Shown: positions 1 through 11,065 of the stretch, in pieces | How positions within the stretch are numbered: the stretch's first letter is position 1 | How the letters are laid out: every line of letters begins with the position of its first letter | Origin: Octopus bimaculoides | Lineage: Eukaryota | DNA length: 64,000 bases | Direction of reading: 5' to 3' | Assembly: GCF_001194135.2 (NCBI RefSeq) | Contig: NC_068983.1 | Span: 68,490,950 to 68,554,949, forward strand | Notes under the pieces: generated by a model | What the model saw: the letters and a program-made list of their open reading frames with translations, nothing else | What the model was told of the DNA's origin: nothing | Databases searched by the model: none | Program-made: the position numbers and the translations under genes

Positions 1-137
1 CCGTTAATGTTTTTATTTTTTTGAAAAAGAAAGCCATAAATTTGAAAATAACTTAACTTGAAACAATTAACTACAGCCAACCTTCTCCAAAGTGAGGCTT
101 TGTATCTATCTTAGCTTCTTTTCTCAATCTCATGTAT

Positions 138-184
<47 letters not shown>

Positions 185-544
185 CACATACATGCACGCA
201 CGCACGCACCTGCGCACACAAGCACACACACACACACACACATACACGTGCACACACTCATGCATACGCATGCATACACACAATATAAACCCACTGATGT
301 GCACTCCTCATTCTGTAATAGTAGCAGAGGCAGAACAGTTTCTGTTACATGACAACAATATTTTGTATTATGAAACTAAACTTATGACATGAGGAATTAA
401 TAGCATTTTACTTAATCCAAACTTTGAATTTGAAATGCAAAGCAAATTGTGTCTGTCCAGCATCAAAACTGAATTGTATGCCAAATCACTTGCTTTAATA
501 TTGAATTTTTGTAATGAATTAGAAGTCATTCACTTTTTTGTTTT

Positions 545-962
545 GTCTTTCGTCTCTAACTTGTTTCAGTCATTGGACTGCAGCCATGCTGGGGCACTGC
601 CTTGAAGGGTTTAATTGAACAAATCGATCCCAGCACTTATTTACTTAATCTTTTTTTATACCTGGTACTTATCTTGTTGATCTCATTTTGCTGAATTGTT
701 AAGTTATGGGGACATAAACAAACCAATACCAGTTATCAAATGGTAGTGGGTAACAAGCACACATAGATATCTATATATATATATACATATATATATTTAT
801 GATGGGCTTCTTTCAGTTTCCATTCACTACATCCACTCTCAAGGATTTGATTGGCCTGAAGCTATAGTAGAATACACTTGTCCAAGGTGCTGCACTAGGG
901 ACTGAACTCAAGGCCTCATAGCTGGGAAACAACCTTCTTAATCACACAATCATACATGCTCC
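545..962 (-). mobile_element. SINE family A, older copy
   Basis: Colinear similarity to 965-1364. Confidence 0.75.
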
Positions 963-964
963 TA

Positions 965-1364
965 TTTTACTCTTTTACTTGTTTCAGTCATTTGACTGCG
1001 GCCATGCTGGAGCACCACCTTTAGTCAAGCAAATCGACCCCAGGACTTATTCTTTGTAAGCCTAGTACTTATTCTATTGGTCTCTTTTGCCGAACCGCTA
1101 AGTGACGGAGACATAAACACACCAGCATCGGTTGTCAAGCAATGCTAGGGGGACAAACACAGACACACAAACACACATACACATATATGTATACATATAT
1201 ACGACGGGCTTCTTTTAGTTTCCATCTACCAAATCGACTCACAAGGCTTTGGTCGGCCCGAGGCTATAGTAGAAGACACTTGCCCAAGGTGCCACGCAGT
1301 GGGACTGAACCCGGAACCATGTGGTTGGTAAGCAAGCTACTTACCACACAGCCACTCCTGCACC
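965..1364 (-). mobile_element. tRNA-derived SINE family A (full length, internal microsatellite)
   Basis: Head GGTGCAGGAGTGGCTGTGTGGT...GGTTCAGTCCC, then CTTGGGCAAGTGTCTTC, a central (TA/TG)n and a (GTAAAAGA)n tail. Near-identical to 31394 and 45890. Confidence 0.9.
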
Positions 1365-1391
1365 TATTGAATATTTTTTAAAACACTTATC

Positions 1392-1423
<32 letters not shown>

Positions 1424-1526
1424 CATCATCATCTTCATCATCATCATCATAATCATCATTTAATATCCATAGTCCATGCTGGCATGTATGTATGTATGTA
1501 CGTATGTATGTATGTATGTATGTATG

Positions 1527-1912
1527 TATTCTTTTCTTTTATTCTTTTCCTTGTTTCAGTCATTTTGATTGTAGCCATGCTGGAGCACCGCCTTGAAGGG
1601 TTTTAGTCAAATAAATCAATCCCAGGACTTATTTTTTTAAAGCCTAATACTTATTCTATCGGTCTCTTTTGCTGGACCACTAAGTTATGGGACATAAACA
1701 CTGGTTGTCAAGTGGTGATGGGGGGGGGAGACAAACACAGACACAAAAACACATAGATATATACATATATATATACATATATATATAAGACAGGCTTCTC
1801 TCAGTTTCTGTCTACCAAATCCACTCACAAGGTTTTGGTCAGCCTGAAGCAATGCTAGACGACACTTGTCCAAGGTGCTATGCAGTGGGATTGAAACCTT
1901 GAACCATGTGAT
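1527..1912 (-). mobile_element. SINE family A, 5'-truncated copy
   Basis: Colinear similarity to 965-1364. Confidence 0.8.
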
Positions 1913-2877
1913 ATGTATGTGTGTATCGTGGTAGGTAGGTAGGTAGGTAGGTAGGTAGGTTGGTAGATAGGTAGGTTGGTAGGTAGGTAGGTAGGTAGGT
2001 AGGTAGGTAAGTAGGTAGTTAGGTAGGTAGGTAGGTAGGTAGGTTGGTAGGTATCTTCATATTGAAGTCATCTCATGGCAAAGAAAAATATGAATAAATA
2101 ATGGGATGATCATAATTGGAATGCATTTAATCATAGGTCTGTTTGATCAGAGCTGAACTAGAGTCTACACAGCAGCAATAACAATAACAAACACACAAAC
2201 AATGACTTTATTAGCTACAATGGCTAATAAGCAATTGATGCTTTCATTGTAAAACATATTTGAAGTGAAGCTATACCATGGAAAGAGTCAAGTAACTCTT
2301 TACCTGTGATATATTCCAAGCAACATCGCATCTAGTCATATCCACCACATGTCATCCTCCTCTCCTTGCTGGTGCATTATGAATCCCCACCCATTTCAAT
2401 GTCTTTATCCATATTCTCTCTTTTCCTTCCTCACCGACTTTCAATATCCACACACTACATCATATCAAGTATACACGAGAAACCCTTAATCTAAACTAGA
2501 AATAAAAATAGATGATTTGCTCTACAACCCCCAAAGGCAAGGAAGTCCTTATCTAATCAGGGATTGAGCAAATCAGTGAAACCAAATTAATATCTATCTA
2601 TCTAAACTTAACATAGCGTCTTCGTTCCTTCAGTTTGGCTTGTGTTTGTGCTTGATGTTGCTGTTATTGTTGTTAATGCTTCTTGCCCTATAAAGGTTGA
2701 TATTTATATATTTTCATAGTATCTGTAACTTTCTATGACTGCATGTGCATGCACATGTGTGTGTGTGTGTGTATTTATGTGTGCATGTGTATGTATATAT
2801 GTATATTATGTATGTATGTATATGTGTATGTGTGTACGTATGTTTGTATGTATGTATGTATGTATGTATGTATCTAT

Positions 2878-2931
<54 letters not shown>

Positions 2932-3522
2932 GTCTGTCTGTCTGTCTGTCCATCTATTGGTAATTTGGGCATGGCCGTTGCCAGTACCGCCTGACTGGCC
3001 TTCATAGGATTTTCGAGCGAGATCGTTGCCAGTGCCCCTGGACTGGCTCTTGTGCGGGTGGCACATAAAATACACCATTTTGAGCATGGCCGTTGCCAGT
3101 ACCGCCTGACTGGCCTTCGTGCCGGTGGCACGTAAAAGCACCCACTACACTCTCTGAGTGGTTGGCGTTAGGAAGGGCATTCAGCTGTAGAAACTCTGNN
3201 NNNNNNNNNNNNNNNNNNNNNNNNNNNNNNNNNNNNNNNNNNNNNNNNNNNNNNNNNNNNNNNNNNNNNNNNNNNNNNNNNNNNNNNNNNNNNNNNNNNN
3301 NNNNNNNNNNNNNNNNNNNNNNNNNNNNNNNNNNNNNNNNNNNNNNNNNNNNNNNNNNNNNNNNNNNNNNNNNNNNNNNNNNNNNNNNNNNNNNNNNNNN
3401 NNNNNNNNNNNNNNNNNNNNNNNNNNNNNNNNNNNNNNNNNNNNNNNNNNNNNNNNNNNNNNNNNNNNNNNNNNNNNNNNNNNNNNNNNNNNNNNNNNNN
3501 NNNNNNNNNNNNNNNNNNNATA

Positions 3523-4388
3523 CAGGGTGCAGTGAATATATTATCGTCTAAATTACACAAAAATGAAAATAACACTGACATCTCATTTTAACAGATATAT
3601 CTACCAAAATTACATAAAAATATCTTGAAATACTAATGAGTAAATTTATTCAATAAAATCGCTATTGGCTTCAACCATGGCCTCCAGGCGACTTCGGAAT
3701 CTCCTGCAACTCTTCTGAACAGTCTCCTTTGTTTAAGCTGGTGGATGCTGCCTTCATCCTTGCCCTTAGTTCATCTTTGGTGTTACAAGGAGTTTTGTTG
3801 GTCTCTCATTCAACTGCACCCCACACATAATAATCAAGGGGGTAACAGTCTGGAGAACTAAGTGGCCAGATGTTAGGGGTGATGTGGTCACAGAAATTGT
3901 CTGACAGCCATGACTGGGTTCTCCTGCTTGTGTGGCATAGTGCTGAGTCCTGTTGCTAGACACAGGGTCTTCCCACAGTCACCTTCTTGACCCAGGGCAG
4001 TACTACTTCCTCAAGGCACTTGATGTAGGCCTCAGTGTTGAGTCTGAGGCCGTGTCAGAAGATGAATGGAGGCATAATGTCACCATCACTAGTGATTGGA
4101 TGTTTGATTTCTATCACTCTCGATACAGGTTTTGGGGACACGGCAAGGCAACAGTTGTTCTGTATGTTCCCCATCTGTTCATATTGGAGCTTCTAGTGTG
4201 AATGCTAAGCAGTACAGTATGTCATTTCTAAATATCTGGCAGAATGAATTGCATCATTGTGCTGTTTTTCTCACAGACAGTGCCCGACTGACCCTACTAT
4301 ACTGTGTAGTTAACGAAATCAAAAACAAACAATGTGCACACACAAAATTAAAAATATAAAATGGCAACAATTTACCCATCACACCCTG
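3523..4388 (-). mobile_element. Internally deleted DD37D (maT) Tc1/mariner transposon
   Basis: QQD-37 aa-D spacing (QQDSALCHT...WPLSSPDCYPLDYYVW); CAGGGTG termini with TA flanks. Confidence 0.85.
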
Positions 4389-4390
4389 TA

Positions 4391-4426
<36 letters not shown>

Positions 4427-5329
4427 TGTATNNNNNNNNNNNNNNNNNNNNNNNNNNNNNNNNNNNNNNNNNNNNNNNNNNNNNNNNNNNNNNNNNNNNN
4501 NNNNNNNNNNNNNNNNNNNNNNNNNNNNNNNNNNNNNNNNNNNNNNNNNNNNNNNNNNNNNNNNNNNNNNNNNNNNNNNNNNNNNNNNNNNNNNNNNNNN
4601 NNNNNNNNNNNNNNNNNNNNNNNNNNNNATATATATATATATATAATTTATAATGTAGCACTAAGGTATATATTAAAACATCTGCAGATGTTATATGTGA
4701 ATCTCCTTTATCATCTTTTCATTGAATTTCCCACACCCATATTTAATCAAGTCTCATCAGCAGGAAATACTTCTTTTTCACCTTCTGAAAACTAGATGCA
4801 ACATTTTCACATGGAATCTAATTTTATACCTCAGCAGAGACTCATTTGATTGCTAGAAATAAGGTATCAGCATTGAGTATTTGTATTCACACGTGTGGGT
4901 GTAAGATGGGACCTACTGATATGACTTGCACTAAATACATAGTAAAGATATGTAGCTTAGTGGTTAGAGTAATAGGCCCACGATTGTTAGGTTATGGGTT
5001 CAATTCTCAGACTGAGCAGTGTATTATGTCCTTGTGTAAAGCATTTTATTTCACAATGCTCCAGTACATTCAATTGCAAATGAGTATCAGAGGAACTAGC
5101 GCGGGTTAACCCTGTGATGAACCAGCAACACATTCAGGGGCAGTCTTGTACTCTTAACCTAAGTGCCATGAAAATCTAAATAAAGCTCTGGCCTCATGAA
5201 CCGTTGGCTTGAGCAGGAAAAAATAAATAAATAAACACTATAGCAATGTTTCTCAAACTTTTTACCCCACAGCTCACTCGAATATATGATGATTGCCACT
5301 TCTTTACAGAAGAAGGTCATCTTTTCAAT

Positions 5330-6400
5330 TAATAAAGACTGTCATGAGATCTTATATACCTAGCAAGTCCTGCTCTTGACAAGCAAACTCTACTGCAGAT
5401 CTTACAAAGTATCTGGGATTGTAGTTAAGTCCTGTCTATGAAGTGCTCGTTTCAAGATAGATTGTTCAATTCTTCAAGCTTCAAATGCCTTTCATCTATT
5501 GTAGCTCATTTGTTTAAAAACCAATCAATCTTATGTCATCTGCTCCCAGTCTTCAACTTTTACATTAAAAGTTTTAAGGTTGCTTTTTTTTGACAGTGTA
5601 GTAATGCTGTGCGCATGCGTAGTCTCATGTATGCGTGGAATTCAACAACCAAGCTTTCCTGCTTCATTCTGTCTCTTTCTTGCTGGCCAGTGATTGAGCA
5701 AGGACGTGTTTAGCTGTCTCTCTCCATCTTTCGAACTTACGCTAGACGGCTCGCTCACATTTACATACCAACGTCCCAACAACCATGCTCACACACACAG
5801 AAGACGTCTCAACAAACAAGAGCTAAAGATGTATATATTCCACCTTGAATAAATGTTGTTTGTGTTGATAGTCTGGAGTTCAGCGTTCCGTTATAATTCT
5901 TAATTTTATATAGGAAAGTCAGGTATACATCTAATGATGTATAACCCACTTTCCACTAAAACAGCATCCCTAAAACGTTTCTTAGATTTATGTCTCGGAC
6001 ATTTGCCACGCTGCAACTCCCCGTAAAACAACCTATCATCCTGCATCCTTGCAAGGTGCCCAACCCAATGCATCTGATTGCGTATGAGAATCATTTCAAT
6101 ACTGGATGTGTTAGCTTGCTGAAGAACAATGGTGTCTGGTGTTAAAGACTTCCATTTGATGTCTAGTATCCTCCTTAGGGAAGTCTGGTGGCATCTTTCT
6201 AAAGCCTTGATGTGGTGCCAATATGTCGTCCAGGTCTCAGAAGAGTACAGGAGGACCATTAAAATGCAAGATCCATAGATACTAAGCTTGGTTTTTGAAG
6301 GTGGTACCTCTATCAGACCACACACAATTTTGAAGCCTTCCAAATGTTTTGCTGGCTTTTTCAATTCTCAGGTTTATTTCGGAATGTTTTGCTGGCTGTT
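5330..6400 (-). pseudogene. RTE/BovB-type LINE 3' fragment interrupted by a solo LTR
   Basis: LLYSSETW...LRRILDIKW...WVGHLARM...KKRFRDAV continues after the insertion as KSNLKTFNVKVEDWE and ends in the zinc-finger-like CKICSRVCLSRAGLARYIRSH. Confidence 0.85.
5597..5960 (+). mobile_element. Solo LTR
   Basis: Termini TGTAGT...ACTAAA (one change from ACTACA), 4-bp TSD ACAG, AATAAA at 5848; splits an RTE reading frame cleanly. Confidence 0.7.
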
Positions 6401-7704
6401 TTCCCAAGAGGCAGGCTTTTGTTTTTAAATCTAAGCTGACTAAAAGATTGTGTAAGGAATAAATAATCAGTTGAAGATTACATACACATTCAATGAAGAC
6501 TTAAAATTTTGTCAGCTTATTTTTTTTTTTTTGCACTTAGTGAAATGAAGAATGCGACTAGTTGTACCTAAAAACATTGCAGTTGGTGTATAGTTAGAGA
6601 ATGCAGAAATATATTTAGGTTGACTTGGAGTGAAACTAACAATCTGAATTGGAAAGATAATTGACTATTTGGTCATCTGATTGTTAATGTACTGTTTTTA
6701 TTGTTTTCTTGATTAATTCAAGTTTCTTAATGGTATTTCTTTGAACTGTTGAGAGACCTGACACTTGTTACAGTTTTCTTTGTTGTATGGTATTAAAGAC
6801 AAAGGAACAAACAAGAAAACTGGGTTTTTTTTTTTCTATTTCAAGAGACAGTTGTAAGTCCAAGTGGCTTGGAAAAGAAGAGACATTATTGCCCAAAAGA
6901 TGACACCAGTGATTCCAAAGACTTGCATTCAATGATGTAATAGGCTAATACTAATAATGTTCCTTCACTGATTATTGTTATTGTTGTCATTGCTTAGCCC
7001 CAGGTCAGACCTGATTGAACAGATCTGTAATTATTAACATTTCAGGAAGAACTAACTTGACATTTTTTTATGTGTAGGGAGCCGAAGACCATATTATTCA
7101 CTGTGCTGTTCTTTTTTAAGATGGTAGATGTGAGGGCTATTTGGCTGCTATTTCTAACATGAACATAGTGTCCCTGGTTGTTTGGCTTGTCTTTCAATGG
7201 TAGTGAACAGTGACAAAAATACTTTAATTTCAGTATTTCCCCCAATAAAACTTGCCTAGGTTGCCATATTGAACTCTGTAAAACATCCTGAATATCACAC
7301 TAAACTACACCTTAATTATCCTGACTGACACACAACACTTCACAGATTATGTCCTGAATGTCCCACTACACTACACAGAAATTGTTCTGTATAAGCACTA
7401 CATTCCATTGAGTATGTCCTCATTACCAAAATCCACCCCATACAACATTCTCACTTTAACAGCCATACCCCATCTCATTCAATATTTCACTGCACCCACA
7501 CAAGTCCAAACTGTCATGCAACATTCCACACAACATATACTGAGTGCCATACTACAAACCCACCCCACCATCACCACCACCAGCATATCCTAACTGCTAC
7601 ACTATTCACCAGACAACATGATTTGATAATCATACAATATCCCACATAACATGAATTTCCAGCATACTTCACCTTACTTAACATGTCCAGACCATGTCCG
7701 ATTA

Positions 7705-7920
7705 GTTCACCATCATCAATTCACCACAGAAAAAATTCGCCATCATCAATTCACTGTTTTTCGACAATAAAATAGTCTTTAACTATTAACGGTGAGATAC
7801 TAAGGATATATTTTCTCAGTAAACTTTGCTTGCGGTGAACTTTCCTAATGGTGAACTTTCTTCACAGTGAATTGATGGTGGTGAACTCTCCTGCAATAAC
7901 TTGACGGTGGTGAACTTACC
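7705..7920. repeat. MITE-like element with inverted arrays of GGTGAA(C/T)T subterminal motifs
   Basis: AGTTCACC/AATTCACC repeats on the left, GGTGAACT/GTGAATT repeats on the right. Confidence 0.55.
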
Positions 7921-10398
7921 TGTAATCATCCTGACAGTCACACTACACACTCCATACAAGGTAACTAAACTACCATACTCATTACCACACAATATATCCC
8001 AACAGCTACTCTACATCCTATATAACACTTCTTGATTGTCACCCTACACCCTTCATGATCTAACCTGTCACACTACAATCCATACAATATGATCAGACTA
8101 TGCCATACTCCAAACCATTTAACATGTTTTGTTACTCAGACTATGTCCCACATAATATACAGGTCACACTATACCTCCCTCAGTATATTGTAACAATCTA
8201 GTTATTCCTCATCCTCACAAACCACGAACAGGGCTGTCACAGTTTATGGCAAATTTGCAGTTCACTGTCTATTCACTATGTTTACAGTAAGATATTTTTA
8301 CATACTGTGCATGTAGAAAATAACCTGTTAGGTTGAAAATGATGATGTGTATGTTGAAGAAGATAATGATAATGTTAAGTATACTAATGAAAAGAAACAA
8401 TGATGAATGAGGAATAAGTTTTACTTATAATAATTAGAAACCAATCATATATCAAATATAGACTCAAGTGACAGTGTGACAGTAAGAATCTTCCTTGTTC
8501 TCTCCCTCACAACCATATATGATGTTATCAATACAGAATGATTGGCATAGTAGTCAGAACTTTATAGTGAAGCTATAGAAACAAAAATCAGTCATATTTG
8601 TCCAGTGAAATGTCACACCATTTCTCAAGCTTAGTTTCTGTATAAAAGGAAGTGAAGGCATACAGCACAGTGGCTGAAAACATCATAATGAACTGATTAA
8701 ATCAGAAGAGTAATAAGTTCCAGTGTAAGCTTCACAATGAATCTAACACCAGTGATAGAGTTTTTATTACTGATTGAAACTAATTTACTTTACATACAAG
8801 GTGCATGCAAAAAGTATTCCCACTAAAACTAATGCTATGAGGGCAAAATCCTTCAACATATGCATGAAATTTTTTGTGCTAGTAGGCTGCATCAGTTCCC
8901 AGCAGTTACAACTAGAGTGCAGACACGTAATGTGCGTTCAATGGGATTTTGTTTTCACATATGTATGTATGTATGTATGTATGTATGTGTGTATGTATGT
9001 ATGTATGTATGTGTGTATGTAATGTATGTATGTATATCTGTATGTATGTATGTAAGTATGTATGTATGTATGTGAATAAGTAAAAAGAAGATCAGCTCAG
9101 AACTGAGCTTTTTCCAGTTTATGTCTATCAAATCCACCCAGAAGGCTTTGGTCAGCCCCAGGACAATAGTAGAAGATGCTTGCCCAGACTTCCAACTAGT
9201 GGGACTGAACCAGAACCATGTAGTTGGGAAACAAACTTCTAATTACACAACTGTACCTGCACTTCACCCGCATATATGTACAGGAAATGCATAATGCATT
9301 TAATGTGTGTAGACATTGAAGTACTCAGAGTACACTCATGAGGAAATATGTTGAATCTATTATATGTGTTTATGTTCAGGTAACTATCTAATTAAATCAT
9401 TCTATGGTTTCACTCAGGTATTCAAGTGGTTATTGGATGGATAGACCAATCAAATCAAAATCATCCATATTTACAAGGCTTTCCTGACATGTTACAATAA
9501 TGGGTTCTCATTATGTTTCTCAGGTATTCAATTTTACCCAGTTGGAGTAACAGAGTTTAATACTCGTTTACAGTTAAGTGGATTGGGCCATTTTGATAAT
9601 TAAGTAGCCACTGACAAAATGAAGTGCCATGAACAGATCATAAACTGTCAATCTCTCAGCTGGATATTCACTACTCTATCCATTAAATTATCAACACACT
9701 TAGTCCATCCAACAGGCTTCTGCATAGTTTCCATCCACCAAATTTTACTCAGAAGGTATTAGTCAATCTGAAGATGTGGTAGAAGACACGTGTTCAATGT
9801 GACTTACAATAGAATTGAACCTGGAACCACAAGGCTGCAAAGTAACTTTCTACTTGTCTATGCCTAAGTAGATCTTGATTTCAAATTTTGGCACAAGGCC
9901 AGCAATTTTGAGGGAGGGAATAAATCAATTACACTGATCCCAGTGTTCAACTGGTACTTAATTTATTGCCCCTGAGAGGATGAAAAGTAAAGTTGACCTC
10001 AGCAGAATTTGAACTTAGAATACAAAGATGAACAAAATGCCACTAAGCATTTTACCTGGTGTGTTAACAATTCTGCCAGATCACCACCTTATATGCCTAA
10101 ATAGATATTAGTGATGGGTAAATAATGTTGAGATCTATAAGCAACAACTTTGAACATGCACTAATTGAGATTTACAGTTAACAACAAATCTTTCAGTACA
10201 TCTGTTTTTGAGTAAGGATGTTAATGCTAACAACCTACTTTAACAGAACTCTTCTAAGTAGTAAACAAAAGATATTTAGAAACAAATGATGATGCCAAAT
10301 CCAACTGATGCCAGTAAACATAGCAGCCTTATGTATGGCATACATTATATTTTTTTGTGTGCAGTGAATGTTGAGGTAGAAAGGTAACCTAAGTTTAC

Positions 10399-10469
10399 TT
10401 TCAAGTTAGCAAATGAGATTTCTGGCAACGATTTTAATATAGAACGGCAAGGCTCCAAAATAGACCACA
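10399..10469 (-). CDS. Possible exon (WSILEPCRSILKSLPEISFANLK)
   Basis: Acceptor tgtttaaacAG, donor AAA|GTAAAC, 71 nt, one open frame. Confidence 0.3.
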
Positions 10470-10714
10470 CTGTTTAAACACATGAGAATTATGTAAAAAA
10501 ATATAATTCAAGGTAACAATCTAATCTAGTCTATGTAGCACACACCTGACCACCCATAAAAAAAGGAATTTCTATGTAGTTGTTGATCTTGTTAGAAATA
10601 GTAGCTGATTTTCCTTCATATCATACTGTCTTAAAAATAGAGAAGGATGCATTCAATAATATAGTTACAGATAGCCTTCACACACAAGCACACACACAGA
10701 CATGCACTCATGCA

Positions 10715-10749
<35 letters not shown>

Positions 10750-10819
10750 CACACACGCACAAATGGAACTGTCGTCATGGCTGGAATGCCTTTTGATCAT
10801 AGGTTTTCTCAGTTAAGTG

Positions 10820-11065
10820 GAGGTGCATGGCTTAGTGGTTAGGGTGTCATCATCATGATTGTAAGATTGTGGTTTCGATTCCTGGACCAAGTGACGCATT
10901 GTGTTCTTGAGCAAAACACTTCATTTCATGTTGCTCCAGTCCACTCAGCCGGCAAAAATGAGTAACGCTGCGATGGACTGGCGTCCTGTCTAGCTGGGGA
11001 GCACATACACCATTGAAACCAGGAAACCAGGCCCATGAGTCTGGCTAGACTTTAAAAGGGTGCAT
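10820..11065 (+). mobile_element. tRNA-derived SINE family D
   Basis: A box TGGCTTAGTGG, B box TTTCGATTCC, then TGTGTTCTTGAGCAAAACACTT and GCGATGGACTGGCGTCC (V-domain-like by recollection). Older copies at 4950-5235(+) and 29060-29370(-). Confidence 0.75.

Noticed and set aside
2965-3145. CRISPR-like look of repeated GCCAGTACCGCCTGACTGGC with intervening sequence
   Set aside because: Eukaryotic context, spacers are themselves conserved between loci, no cas genes; it is a LINE 3' UTR module.
10399-10469. Naming the gene as a RhoGAP from LKSLPEISFANLK
   Set aside because: Resemblance is limited to one short helix pattern and no other exon shows RhoGAP motifs; no symbol assigned.
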